Below are positions 9,167-17,842 of a stretch of 37,512 nucleotides of DNA, one piece after another. The notes under the pieces were generated by a model. It had not been told where the DNA came from, did not search any database, and was given only the letters and a program-made list of their open reading frames with translations. This DNA comes from an uncultured Eubacteriales bacterium (GTDB taxonomy: Bacteria; Bacillota; Clostridia; Christensenellales; Borkfalkiaceae), in assembly GCA_949745625.1 (NCBI GenBank), contig CATJZR010000084.1:1-37512 (forward strand). Reading direction: 5' to 3'. The translations under genes were made by a program, and so were the position numbers. Within the stretch, counting starts at the first letter, position 1. Every line of letters starts with the position of its first letter.

Positions 9167-10231
9167 ATGGCAGGCATGGCAATTTTAAAAGTGTTTTTAC
9201 TGTTGGTTGGGTTCGTTTTGCTTGTGAAGGGAGCCGATTTCTTTGTGGACGGCGCATCGGGAATAGCAAAAAAGCTTAAAGTATCCACGTTTATCATAGG
9301 CGTTACGGTCGTTGCGCTTGGAACAAGCGCACCCGAAGCCGCGGTAACCATAATGGATGCCGCGACGGGCTCGGGCGAACTTATAGTCGGGAATATTTTA
9401 GGCAGCAATATAATAAATATTTTTCTTATTCTCGGTGTTTCTGCGGTTATTTGCAGTTTGCCCGTAGAAAAGACTACGCGTATGATTGATTTGCCGTTCT
9501 TGCTCGTTTCAAGCGTGTTGTTTGTGATTCTGGGCTTTTTCGGCAACTCGTTCAGCTGGTGGGAAGGGCTGATATTAATTGCTTTATATGTTGCCTATAT
9601 GGTATATAACGTGATTTTTGCCGTCAGACAGTCGAAGCTTCAACTTGAGGAAGCTCATGCGGTTTGTTCTTTGGGTGAGGAAACTGTTCAGCACGTAGAG
9701 ATAAACGGATGGTATTCTAAGCTTAAATATAAATATTCCGAATTGAAGGAAAAGGTTTGGTTTTTAATTGTAATTACGGTTGCGGGGCTTGCAATGGTTG
9801 TGGGTGGTGCTCAGCTGGTAGTAAGTTCGGCGCAGTACATCGCGAAAGATTTGATAGGAATTTCGCCTGAATTGGTTGCGCTTACCGTCGTGGCGTTCGG
9901 TACTTCTTTGCCCGAACTTGTAACTTCGGTTTCCGCTGCAAGAAAGGGCGACGTGGGTATAGCTACGGGCAACATAATCGGCAGCAACATCGCCAATATT
10001 CTTCTTATAGGCGGCTTGGGCGCACTATGTAAGGGCGGCGCGGGGCTTGTGTTCTCGACGGAAGGACTGATAAGCGGCGTCGTGGCGCTGTTTGCCGCGG
10101 TTATCATTTTTGTAAGCTCGTTTGGCAAAAAGAGGAGTATAGGTAGAGCGGCTGGTATCGTTATGCTGTCGTGCCTCGTTGCGTATTACGTGTTTATTTT
10201 TCTTAATTTATACGTATTTAATATTTATTGA
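9167..10231 (+). CDS. Ca2+/Na+ (cation) antiporter, CaCA/YrbG family
   Basis: 354 aa polytopic membrane protein with the two alpha-repeat signatures [11 protein letters not shown] and [12 protein letters not shown]. Confidence 0.9.
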   Translation: MAGMAILKVFLLLVGFVLLVKGADFFVDGASGIAKKLKVSTFIIGVTVVALGTSAPEAAVTIMDAATGSGELIVGNILGSNIINIFLILGVSAVICSLPVEKTTRMIDLPFLLVSSVLFVILGFFGNSFSWWEGLILIALYVAYMVYNVIFAVRQSKLQLEEAHAVCSLGEETVQHVEINGWYSKLKYKYSELKEKVWFLIVITVAGLAMVVGGAQLVVSSAQYIAKDLIGISPELVALTVVAFGTSLPELVTSVSAARKGDVGIATGNIIGSNIANILLIGGLGALCKGGAGLVFSTEGLISGVVALFAAVIIFVSSFGKKRSIGRAAGIVMLSCLVAYYVFIFLNLYVFNIY

Positions 10232-10317
10232 ATTGTTTAAAAACTGCGTTTGAAGGCAACAATAATTGTACGGCAGTACATATAATGAAATATATACTGC
10301 CGAAAAAAGAGGTTGAT

Positions 10318-10665
10318 ATGACAATTAAGCGCGGAGAATTATATTATGCCGACCTGTCGCCCGTTGTCGGTAGTGAGCAGGGGGGCGTTCGCCCCGTTCT
10401 AGTCGTTCAGAACGATGTTGGGAATAAGTATTCACCGACCGTTATAGCGGCGGCAGTGACAAGTAAAATAAATAAAGCAAAACTGCCTACCCATATCGAA
10501 TTGCCGTCCAATACATACGGACTGCAGAAGGATTCCGTCATTCTGTTAGAGCAGATACGCACTCTCGATAAAAGGCGGCTTAAAGAGAGGATAGGCGAAC
10601 TGAACGAAACTACCATGAGCCGCGTAGATAACGCGATTTTGATTAGTCTCGGTTTCGTCAAATAA
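10318..10665 (+). CDS. mazF: MazF/PemK/EndoA-type mRNA interferase toxin
   Basis: 115 aa from the ATG at 10318, with SD AGAGG 6 nt upstream. The ORF-track start at 10228 is unlikely. Motif layout: [29 protein letters not shown]...[10 protein letters not shown]...LPTHIEL...[17 protein letters not shown]. Confidence 0.9.
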   Translation: MTIKRGELYYADLSPVVGSEQGGVRPVLVVQNDVGNKYSPTVIAAAVTSKINKAKLPTHIELPSNTYGLQKDSVILLEQIRTLDKRRLKERIGELNETTMSRVDNAILISLGFVK

Positions 10666-10706
10666 ATTTGCGGCACACTGTTAAACGTGCGCCGCATTAA
10701 TTTTGT

Positions 10707-10735
10707 TTGACAATTCCGCATTGTTATTATATCAT
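10707..10735 (+). promoter_or_regulatory. sigma-A promoter of lspA-rluD
   Basis: TTGACA (10707-10712), 17 nt, TATCAT (10730-10735). The ATG follows 6 nt later. Confidence 0.5.
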
Positions 10736-10741
10736 ATAAAT

Positions 10742-11338
10742 ATGTTGGAAAAATTAAAAAAACTCAGGGTCAACATAGGCTGGAAAAGCTTAGTATTAAT
10801 AGGCGTTTGTATAATTCTTATTCTTATCGACCTGCTGACAAAAATTTTCGAAGAGCGTTACAGTGAAAGCTGGACCTTTAAAGTCATACCAAAATTTATA
10901 GAGTTCGAGGCTGGACACAGAAACCCCGGTTGCGCGTTCAGTTTCCTCGCCAACGCCTCGTGGGGGCAGGGCTTTTTGATAGGGATGACGTTTGTGCTCT
11001 TAGCCTTACTTATTGCAGTTTACGTCTTTTTGCCCGAGCGTTTTATTATTTTAAAGGTTGCGCTGTCTATGATAGTTGCGGGTGCAATCGGTAACCTTAT
11101 CGACAGAATAGCGTACCGTGAGGTGCGCGACTTTGTGGGCGTAAATATGTTCGGCAATATGGTTTACTGCAATTTCGCCGATTTTTGGATAACCTTCGGT
11201 ACTGCGCTTGCAATACTCGATATAATGTTTTTAAATGAGTGGGCTTTAATTCCGCTGACAAAAAAGGCTAAGGAAGCTCAGAAAAAGCATAAAGAGGAAG
11301 AACAGCCTTCCGATACGGATAATAACATTAATGAATAA
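10742..11338 (+). CDS. lspA: lipoprotein signal peptidase II
   Basis: Peptidase A8 layout with 4 TM segments and motifs GAIGNLIDR and FADFWITFG. ATG at 10742 (MLEKLKK) is preferred to the TTG at 10703. Confidence 0.88.
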   Translation: MLEKLKKLRVNIGWKSLVLIGVCIILILIDLLTKIFEERYSESWTFKVIPKFIEFEAGHRNPGCAFSFLANASWGQGFLIGMTFVLLALLIAVYVFLPERFIILKVALSMIVAGAIGNLIDRIAYREVRDFVGVNMFGNMVYCNFADFWITFGTALAILDIMFLNEWALIPLTKKAKEAQKKHKEEEQPSDTDNNINE

Positions 11339-12233
11339 GCGTGTCGTTGCGGAAAAGAACTATTCCCGCGCAGACGTACTCGTTTGCGAGGTGTCGGACG
11401 GTAAAACGCGTTCGTACGTAAAAAAGCTGTTTGACAGCGGGCATGTGCTTGTTGACGGCAAGGCGGCAAAAGCCGCCCAAACGGTAAGAGTGGGTCAAAC
11501 CGTTGAAATTACTTTTCCCGAAGCGGTGCAGTATGCAGTAAGACCCGAGGATATACCTGTCGACGTAATTTACGAGGACGGCGATTTGGCGGTGGTAAAC
11601 AAGCCGCAGGGAATGACGGTGCATATCGGAAACGGCAACGTCGATGGTACTCTTGTGAACGCGCTGCTTTTTAGGCTTGACAGTCTCAGCGGAATAAACG
11701 GAGTTATTCGCCCCGGAATAGTTCACCGCATAGATAAAGACACCTCGGGGCTTTTGGTCGTTGCAAAGAACGACAATGCTCATTTAAGCCTTTCAAAGCA
11801 GATTGAGGAAAAGACCTGTAAAAGAACTTATCTGGCGCTTTTAGAGGGGAATCTCAAAACTGACAGTGGTACGGTGACGACCTATATTGGAAGAAGTCCG
11901 CAGGACAGGGTAAAAATGGCTGTAGTTTCACCCGATAAGGGGAAGCTTGCCGTTACTAAATACAGCGTAGAAAAGAGATTTGAAGGTTACACTCTCTGCC
12001 GTTTCGATTTGCAGACGGGCAGAACACACCAGATACGCGTACACGCAAAGCATCTCGGACATCCCGTGGTCGGAGATAAAGTTTACGGAATAAAAAAACA
12101 GAAATTCAAATTGAACGGGCAGCTTTTGCATGCTTTCAGACTTACGTTCGTACATCCCCGTACTTTGCAAACTATGACTTTTGAAGCGCCGTTGCCCGAT
12201 TATTTTAAAGAAATATTGGATAAACTTAAATGA
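11331..12233 (+). CDS. rluD: RluA/RluD-family 23S rRNA pseudouridine synthase
   Basis: 300 aa. S4-like N-terminus, catalytic HRIDKDTSGLLV, TGRTHQIRVH. Conserved lspA-rluD pairing. Confidence 0.92.
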   Translation: MNKRVVAEKNYSRADVLVCEVSDGKTRSYVKKLFDSGHVLVDGKAAKAAQTVRVGQTVEITFPEAVQYAVRPEDIPVDVIYEDGDLAVVNKPQGMTVHIGNGNVDGTLVNALLFRLDSLSGINGVIRPGIVHRIDKDTSGLLVVAKNDNAHLSLSKQIEEKTCKRTYLALLEGNLKTDSGTVTTYIGRSPQDRVKMAVVSPDKGKLAVTKYSVEKRFEGYTLCRFDLQTGRTHQIRVHAKHLGHPVVGDKVYGIKKQKFKLNGQLLHAFRLTFVHPRTLQTMTFEAPLPDYFKEILDKLK

Positions 12234-12247
12234 AGCTTTAAATTAGG

Positions 12248-12276
12248 TTGCAAAATCGTATTTTGGCTGATATAAT
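12248..12276 (+). promoter_or_regulatory. sigma-A promoter
   Basis: TTGCAA (12248-12253), 17 nt, TATAAT (12271-12276). Confidence 0.65.
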
Positions 12277-12308
12277 TATTTAAAATTAATAGTTTAGGAG
12301 ATTTTTAA

Positions 12309-12629
12309 ATGTCAAGACGTTATTCTTCAAGTACGTGGACCGAAGTATGCGCATTTTGGGGCATGGTCGTTGCAGGATTTTCTCATTTCTTCGGCGGTCT
12401 TTTCAAAGGACTTGTCAGGTGGGCTTTTTCGGACGGTGAGGTAGGTAGAATTTTAACAAGAATTGCAGACGTTTGTACGTTGCTTGGCAATATTGCTTTG
12501 CTCGTTGCGATTGCCGTACCTGCATGGCAGTTTGTTAAATACAAGACGAAGGGTTGGAGAGTATTTTACTGGATTTCGCTTGTTCTGTTCATTATAGGCG
12601 TTGTGTTCGGCGTTGCAATAACCTTCTGA
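12309..12629 (+). CDS. small integral membrane protein, function unknown
   Basis: 106 aa with about 3 hydrophobic helices. Strong SD AGGAG, its own promoter and terminator (monocistronic). No family recognised. Confidence 0.7.
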   Translation: MSRRYSSSTWTEVCAFWGMVVAGFSHFFGGLFKGLVRWAFSDGEVGRILTRIADVCTLLGNIALLVAIAVPAWQFVKYKTKGWRVFYWISLVLFIIGVVFGVAITF

Positions 12630-12641
12630 ATTTGAAAACTT

Positions 12642-12664
12642 CCCCGACTTGTTCGGGGTTTTTT
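12642..12664 (+). terminator. rho-independent terminator
   Basis: CCCCGA / TCGGGG stem, 5-nt loop, TTTTTT. Confidence 0.8.
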
Positions 12665-12665
12665 C

Positions 12666-12694
12666 TTTACAAATAATGTTAATTATCTTATAAT
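12666..12694 (+). promoter_or_regulatory. sigma-A promoter abutting the DUF512 start codon
   Basis: TTTACA (12666-12671), 17 nt, TATAAT (12689-12694). The ATG is at 12701. Confidence 0.6.
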
Positions 12695-12700
12695 TTAATT

Positions 12701-13978
12701 ATGCTTGAAATTATTTGCGCCAAAAGCAGGCTTGCGAAAAAATTTAATTTAAAAAAGGGCGATGTTATACTTGCCTTTGACGGCATTCCCGCCGAGGACG
12801 TGCTCGACTATATATTTTACGACAGTAAGCCGAATTTTGTATTGCGGGTAAAATCGCGCGGCGGTAACGAACGAGATATAGTTATCGACAAGGACGAGAC
12901 AGAAAGCCTTAATTTGACCTTTAAAGAAGAAGCGAAAATAAAAACGTGTCACAATCATTGTATATTCTGCTTCGTCGACCAGATGGGCGAAGGTATGCGC
13001 GAAAGTCTTTACGTTAAAGACGACGATTACACAATGAGCTTTATGTGCGGTAATTTCGTAACCTTGACAAACGTCAGTGGTAGCGAGCTGGACAGGATTA
13101 TCCGTTTGCACCTGTCGCCGCTGTACGTTTCGGTACACGCAATGGATGAAAAGCTGCGTTGCGAATTGCTCGGAAATCGTTTTGCGGGAAAAATATGCGA
13201 ACAGCTTAAAAAACTTACCGACTCGAAAATAACCGTGCACTGTCAGGCGGTAATAGTTCCTGACAAAAACGACGGCAAACAGCTTGAATATACCGCGCGC
13301 AAGCTTTTTGAAATGTATCCTTATGTCAAAGATTTGGCGGTGGTGCCTACCGGCATAACCAAATTTCGTGAGGGGCTTGCTAAGATTCCCGATTTTACTA
13401 AGCAACAGGCGGAGGCATTGCTTGACCTTTGCGACAGGTTAAATGCCGAATTCGGTGTTAACTTTCTTCTTCCTGCGGACGAATACTTCGTCAGAAGCGG
13501 ACGTGATTTCAAGCCCGCATCGTTTTACGGCGATTTTTCCCAAATAGAAAACGGAATAGGCATGACGAGTAAGTTTATATCGGAGTTTGAAGAAAATTTA
13601 TTTGAAACAAGTCTCAAATCTATGCGCAGGGTGGCTGTGATAACGGGAGTTAGCGCTTATCCTACTATAGAAAAGCTTTGCACTAAGGCAAATTCCGTTG
13701 TAAGAAATCTGCACGCCTTTGCCTTGTCCGTTGAAAATAAGTTTTTCGGTAGCTCGGTTACGTGTACGGGTCTGCTGACGGGCAGAGACATTGCCGAAGA
13801 GCTTGAAAAAAACAGAGATAGGTACGATTGCGCGATAGTGCCTGCAAATACGTTGAAAGAATTCGAGGACGTTTTTTTAGACGATATGACTGTAAGACAG
13901 TTAAAGCGACGCGTAGGCAAGAAAATAATAATAAACAGAAGCACTCAGGACTTTTTTAAAAATCTTATAAAGGGATAA
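12701..13978 (+). CDS. DUF512-type radical SAM protein (PDZ-like N-terminus)
   Basis: 425 aa. CxxxCxxC cluster motif CHNHCIFC. Position immediately upstream of der is typical in Clostridia. Confidence 0.85.
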   Translation: MLEIICAKSRLAKKFNLKKGDVILAFDGIPAEDVLDYIFYDSKPNFVLRVKSRGGNERDIVIDKDETESLNLTFKEEAKIKTCHNHCIFCFVDQMGEGMRESLYVKDDDYTMSFMCGNFVTLTNVSGSELDRIIRLHLSPLYVSVHAMDEKLRCELLGNRFAGKICEQLKKLTDSKITVHCQAVIVPDKNDGKQLEYTARKLFEMYPYVKDLAVVPTGITKFREGLAKIPDFTKQQAEALLDLCDRLNAEFGVNFLLPADEYFVRSGRDFKPASFYGDFSQIENGIGMTSKFISEFEENLFETSLKSMRRVAVITGVSAYPTIEKLCTKANSVVRNLHAFALSVENKFFGSSVTCTGLLTGRDIAEELEKNRDRYDCAIVPANTLKEFEDVFLDDMTVRQLKRRVGKKIIINRSTQDFFKNLIKG

Positions 13979-13983
13979 ATTAT

Positions 13984-15291
13984 ATGGCAAATCCTTTAAT
14001 TGCAATAGTCGGCAGACCGAACGTCGGTAAAAGTACTTTTTTTAATAAAGTTGCCGGCAGGAAAATATCTATAACTGAGGACAGACCCGGCGTTACGCGC
14101 GACAGGCTTTACGCCGACAGTGAGTGGCGTGGCAAGGCGTTTACAATGGTTGATACAGGCGGAATAGAGCTGCGTTCAGAAGACACCATGTGGACGGAAA
14201 TTAAAAAGCAGGCGGAGGTAGCGATAGATACCGCACAGGTAATTATGCTGATAGTCGACGGGAGAGAGGGGTTAACCACTTCCGATTATGACGTTGCGGA
14301 TATGTTGCGTCGTTCGAAAAAACCTGTAATTTTAATTGTAAATAAAATCGACGAGTATTCAGAGGACAAGGTATTCGAATTCTATTCTTTGGGACTCGGC
14401 GAACCTTATCCTGTTTCGGCGGAACACGGTACGGGAATCGGTGACGTGTTGGACGAGGCTGTAAGCTGGTTTGACAAGAGTGAAACCGAAGAGGACGATA
14501 GTGTCAAAATTGCGGTGGTCGGCAGACCGAACGCCGGTAAAAGCAGCCTTGTTAATAAGCTTCTCGGTTTCGAGCGGTCTATTGTTACGAATGTGGCGGG
14601 AACAACGCGCGATGCTATTGATACTAAGTTTACGGTAAACGGGAAGAATTACACATTAATAGATACTGCGGGAATCAGAAAGAAAAGTAAGGTAGAGGAT
14701 GACGTGGAATACTATTCCGTTATGCGCGCATTCGACGCAGTGCGTCGTGCCGACGTGTGCCTTTTGGTGGTTGACAGCACTACAAACCTTACCGAGCAGG
14801 ATACGAAAATTATCGGCTACGTTCACGAGCAGGGCAAGCCGTCGGTAGTGGTAATGAACAAGTGGGACCTTATAGAAAAGGATACCAACACGATAAACAA
14901 GTTCGAGTGTAAGCTGAAAGAAGATTTGAAGTTTATGGACTATTTCAAGTCGATTTATATTTCGGCAAAAACAGGTCAGCGCACCGATAAAATTCTTTCT
15001 ATTATCGACGAGGTTTACGCACATTCGCATACAAGAATTACTACGGGTATGCTGAACGATGTTATCGCTGACGCAGTACGCGCGAACGAACCGCCTTCGT
15101 ATAATGGCAGGCGGCTTAAGGTTTACTATTCGTCACAGGTGGCAGTAGCGCCGCCCACGTTCGTGCTATTTGTAAACAGCGGCGACCTTATGCATTTTTC
15201 CTACGAGAGATTTCTTGAAAATACGTTAAGAAAATCGTTCGATTTTTCGGGTACGCCGATAAAAATACTTACCAGAGAGAAAAAGGACTGA
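13984..15291 (+). CDS. der: ribosome-associated GTPase Der/EngA
   Basis: Two tandem G domains (GRPNVGKST...DTGG...NKID and GRPNAGKSS...DTAG...NKWD) plus a KH-like C-terminus. Confidence 0.96.
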   Translation: MANPLIAIVGRPNVGKSTFFNKVAGRKISITEDRPGVTRDRLYADSEWRGKAFTMVDTGGIELRSEDTMWTEIKKQAEVAIDTAQVIMLIVDGREGLTTSDYDVADMLRRSKKPVILIVNKIDEYSEDKVFEFYSLGLGEPYPVSAEHGTGIGDVLDEAVSWFDKSETEEDDSVKIAVVGRPNAGKSSLVNKLLGFERSIVTNVAGTTRDAIDTKFTVNGKNYTLIDTAGIRKKSKVEDDVEYYSVMRAFDAVRRADVCLLVVDSTTNLTEQDTKIIGYVHEQGKPSVVVMNKWDLIEKDTNTINKFECKLKEDLKFMDYFKSIYISAKTGQRTDKILSIIDEVYAHSHTRITTGMLNDVIADAVRANEPPSYNGRRLKVYYSSQVAVAPPTFVLFVNSGDLMHFSYERFLENTLRKSFDFSGTPIKILTREKKD

Positions 15292-15998
15292 TGAAAATAT
15301 TAGAGATTAATGACCTTTGGTATTTTGCTGTTGCGGCAGTCGTCTGCTATTTTATAGGCTGCTTCAATTTTGCCGTGTTAATCGCGCATTTCAAGAAAAA
15401 GAATATAAGAGAAATGGGTAGCGGTAATCCCGGCACTATGAATATGACACGTTCGCTCGGATTTAAGTTCGGACTGGTTAACTTTTTATGCGACGCTTTA
15501 AAGGGCGGGTTGCCTGTGCTTGCCGCTTATCTGCTTTTCAAAAACTACGTGTTTGAAGGTACTGAATATTCGGTAGCAGATTTTGCGCGTTATTTCTTTG
15601 GCCTTTTTGTTATCATAGGGCATATTTTCCCTGTAACGATGGCGTTTAAAGGAGGCAAAGGTATTGCTTCAACTATGGGTATCTTCATTTTCGCGTTGCC
15701 TTGTGAATGCTGGTGGTACATTTTTATAGTGGTTGCATTTTTGGCGTGTATACTGTTATATATTGTTTTTACGGAATGGGGGTCTATGGGTTCGCTTATC
15801 GGCGTTGCCGTTCTGTCTGTTTTTCAGGCGGCTCTGTTTGCCGATAGGTATGCTGCAGACGTTTTTAATCTTTGGAGCACTTTGACTTTTTTGTTGCTGC
15901 TTATGATTAATTTACTGACTTGGACGGCTCACCGTAAAAATATTTTCAGATTGCTTGCCGGTGAAGAACACCGCACGGTGGTAAGAAAGCGTAAATAA
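15291..15998 (+). CDS. plsY: glycerol-3-phosphate acyltransferase PlsY
   Basis: 235 aa membrane protein with GSGNPGTMN and FKGGKG motifs. 1-nt overlap with der (TGATG). Confidence 0.9.
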   Translation: MKILEINDLWYFAVAAVVCYFIGCFNFAVLIAHFKKKNIREMGSGNPGTMNMTRSLGFKFGLVNFLCDALKGGLPVLAAYLLFKNYVFEGTEYSVADFARYFFGLFVIIGHIFPVTMAFKGGKGIASTMGIFIFALPCECWWYIFIVVAFLACILLYIVFTEWGSMGSLIGVAVLSVFQAALFADRYAADVFNLWSTLTFLLLLMINLLTWTAHRKNIFRLLAGEEHRTVVRKRK

Positions 15999-16000
15999 AA

Positions 16001-16036
16001 ATAGACACCTCTTTGCAGGTGTCTATTTCTTTTTTT
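16001..16036. terminator. bidirectional terminator between plsY and the convergent bPH gene
   Basis: 10-bp stem ATAGACACCT/AGGTGTCTAT, A-run upstream and T-run downstream. It overlaps the stop codon of the minus-strand gene. Confidence 0.75.
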
Positions 16037-16511
16037 CGTCTTTATCGTCTCCGTTGTTTTCCTTTGAGTTAATCGAGTACTCGATAAGAGGGTTTGTTCG
16101 ACAAAGCGCGTCTATAAAGTCTTGGTACCATTCTTCATTTACGACTATCATAAATAGTGTGCCGTTGCTCATGCCGACTGACAACTTGTTCGTAGTGCGG
16201 TCGAGTATAACCGACTTAATATCTTTTACGTCGTACTTACTTTTAATAATGCCGAAGCTTGTTTTTAACGTGTTTTCGTCTATTGAATAGTACGAGGCGA
16301 GCAGCAGACTAATAAGGAGTACAAGCAGAATTACAGGTATTAAAAAGAAAAGCGTATATTGAATAATGGGATAGATAATATTAGCCGCTTCTTCTATATT
16401 ATCGTTTATAATTCTGAAAATGTTAATTCCAAGCCCTGCAAAGCAGAGGGCTATTCCTGCGTAAATAAGCGAAAGCGTAAGCTTCGTAAATTTATATTTA
16501 AATTTTTTCAT
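16023..16511 (-). CDS. membrane protein with bacterial PH (bPH/YdbT-like) domain
   Basis: 162 aa from the ATG at 16511 (MKKFKYKF). Two N-terminal TM helices, then a soluble domain, then an acidic/lysine tail. Family call is tentative. Confidence 0.65.
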   Translation of the reverse strand: MKKFKYKFTKLTLSLIYAGIALCFAGLGINIFRIINDNIEEAANIIYPIIQYTLFFLIPVILLVLLISLLLASYYSIDENTLKTSFGIIKSKYDVKDIKSVILDRTTNKLSVGMSNGTLFMIVVNEEWYQDFIDALCRTNPLIEYSINSKENNGDDKDEKKK

Positions 16512-16556
16512 TAAACAGATTATACAATAATCAGACCTAAAAAGCAACAAATAGTA

Positions 16557-16584
16557 TTGATTTTTTGAAAATAGGTGTTATAAT
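16557..16584 (+). promoter_or_regulatory. sigma-A promoter
   Basis: TTGATT (16557-16562), 16 nt, extended -10 TGtTATAAT (16576-16584). Confidence 0.6.
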
Positions 16585-16615
16585 TTAATTGCAATAAATA
16601 TCACCAGGAGATTGT

Positions 16616-17179
16616 ATGAATAAAATTATTACCGTAAGCAGACAGTTCGGCAGTGGCGGTAGAACTATCGCGCGCGAGGTCGCAAAACGGCTTTCCATTC
16701 CGTGCTATGACCACGAGCTTATTGATAAAGTTCGGGAAGACTGCGGTTTTACTAAAGAGTTTATTGACGAAAACGGCGAAAATTCGTCCACCGGTTTACT
16801 GACGAGTATGTTCGGCTCTTCATTCGGCCGCGATATCGTTTGGACCTCGCAGTGTAAGGTTATTTGCCGCCTTGCCGAAGAGGGGGCATGCGTAATCGTG
16901 GGGCGTTGCGCTGACTATATACTCAGGTCTAAGGCTGAGCTTTTCAAGGTGTTTATACACGCCGATGCGGCAAAACGCGCCGAGAGGATAGTTTCGCTTT
17001 ACGGCGAGAGGGAAGAGGCTCCAGAAAAACGTATAAAGGAAAAGGACAAACGTCGCGCTTCATATTACCGTTATTATACGGACTTGGAGTGGGGACTGGC
17101 GAAGAATTACGACCTTTCTTTGGACAGTGGCAAAATAGGAATTGAAAAATGCGTTGATATAATAGTCGACTTATATTAA
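16616..17179 (+). CDS. cytidylate-kinase-like family protein
   Basis: 187 aa. N-terminus IITVSRQFGSGGRTIAREVAKRLSIPCYD is typical of this family. SD AGGAG upstream. Confidence 0.8.
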   Translation: MNKIITVSRQFGSGGRTIAREVAKRLSIPCYDHELIDKVREDCGFTKEFIDENGENSSTGLLTSMFGSSFGRDIVWTSQCKVICRLAEEGACVIVGRCADYILRSKAELFKVFIHADAAKRAERIVSLYGEREEAPEKRIKEKDKRRASYYRYYTDLEWGLAKNYDLSLDSGKIGIEKCVDIIVDLY

Positions 17180-17181
17180 TT

Positions 17182-17207
17182 AAAGACCGCCGTGTTCGGT
17201 GGTCTTT
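17182..17207. terminator. hairpin between convergent genes (putative bidirectional terminator, weak U-tract)
   Basis: 11-bp stem AAAGACCGCCG/CGGTGGTCTTT with a 4-nt loop, flanked by AT-rich sequence. Confidence 0.5.
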
Positions 17208-17209
17208 AA

Positions 17210-17410
17210 TTAATCTTTAAAGTAAGCTGGGCGGGGTCTAGGAAGCTTTTTGTGCGGTTTGCGAGGTGTCGGTAAAGGACTTTCTTGTTCTTGGGTAAGT
17301 TCCACATTTCCGCCGTCGTGTGCCTGAGACTCCGTGCAGCCGAACATAGTTACAGTGAATAGTGTAAATAGAGTAAGTACGGATAAAATTAAAGTTGAAA
17401 GTCTTTTCAT
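17210..17410 (-). CDS. small putative lipoprotein with Pro/Lys-rich tail
   Basis: 66 aa from the ATG at 17410. Signal peptide MKRLSTLILSVLTLFTLFTVTMFGC with a lipobox-like Cys. Unknown function. Confidence 0.55.
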   Translation of the reverse strand: MKRLSTLILSVLTLFTLFTVTMFGCTESQAHDGGNVELTQEQESPLPTPRKPHKKLPRPRPAYFKD

Positions 17411-17450
17411 GAAGATAGTATGCGGTATTTTGCCAAAATAATTCAAACGC

Positions 17451-17479
17451 TTGCATTATAAAAATTAACGTGTTAAAAT
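17451..17479 (+). promoter_or_regulatory. sigma-A promoter of the TM1266-like/ABC importer operon
   Basis: TTGCAT (17451-17456), 17 nt, extended -10 TGtTAAAAT (17471-17479). Confidence 0.65.
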
Positions 17480-17506
17480 AAAGGCACCTGAATTTAAAGA
17501 ATTTCT

Positions 17507-17569
17507 GAGAGTAAAGGGCTTAATACAAGGCACACATTTTGTGTGCTGTTTTGCCTTTCTCTCTTTATT
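17507..17569 (+). terminator. two-tier stem-loop with U-tracts in the operon leader (attenuator/terminator candidate)
   Basis: Core hairpin GCACACA-TTT-TGTGTGC (17530-17546) followed by TGTTTTG. The outer helix GAGAGtAAAGG (17507-17517) / CCTTTCTCTC (17554-17563) is followed by TTTATT. It lies between the promoter and the SD GGAGGG (17572-17577). Confidence 0.6.
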
Positions 17570-17586
17570 GCGGAGGGAATTTTTTT

Positions 17587-17835
17587 ATGTTTGATAAGAG
17601 GCTTGCTGTGATTAGTGTAATAGTTGAAGACCGAAAAAAGAGCGCCGAAATAAATATGCTATTATCAAGTTTCGGCGATTTCGTCGTGGGTAGAATGGGT
17701 ATTCCGTATAAGGAAAAGGGTGTTTCCGTTCTTTGCGTCGTTGTGGATGCGCCAGCCGAAACGATTAATACCTTAACCGGTAAGCTTGGAATGCTCGGCG
17801 GTGTTACCGCAAAAACTTTAATGTCAAAAATATAG
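17587..17835 (+). CDS. TM1266-family small ACT/NikR-C-like protein (annotated elsewhere as putative iron-only hydrogenase system regulator)
   Basis: 82 aa from the ATG at 17587, with SD GGAGGG. The sequence RLAVISVIVEDR...GRMGIPYKEKGVSVLCVVVDAP...LTGKLGMLGGVTAKT matches my memory of that family. The GTG at 17539 in the ORF track is unlikely. Confidence 0.7.
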   Translation: MFDKRLAVISVIVEDRKKSAEINMLLSSFGDFVVGRMGIPYKEKGVSVLCVVVDAPAETINTLTGKLGMLGGVTAKTLMSKI

Positions 17836-17842
17836 GTGCGAT

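Noticed and set aside
10670-10705. Hairpin after mazF as a terminator
   Set aside because: The stem is interrupted (GCGG-CAC / GTG-cg-CCGC) with a 10-nt loop and a broken T-run. It is too weak to call with confidence and is mentioned only in the context of lspA.
17483-17512. ACCTGA and CTGAGA motifs reminiscent of a TPP (THI-box) riboswitch upstream of an NMT1-like transporter
   Set aside because: The motifs are in the wrong order (CUGAGA should precede ACCUGA). The rest of the THI-box core is absent, and the region is too short.
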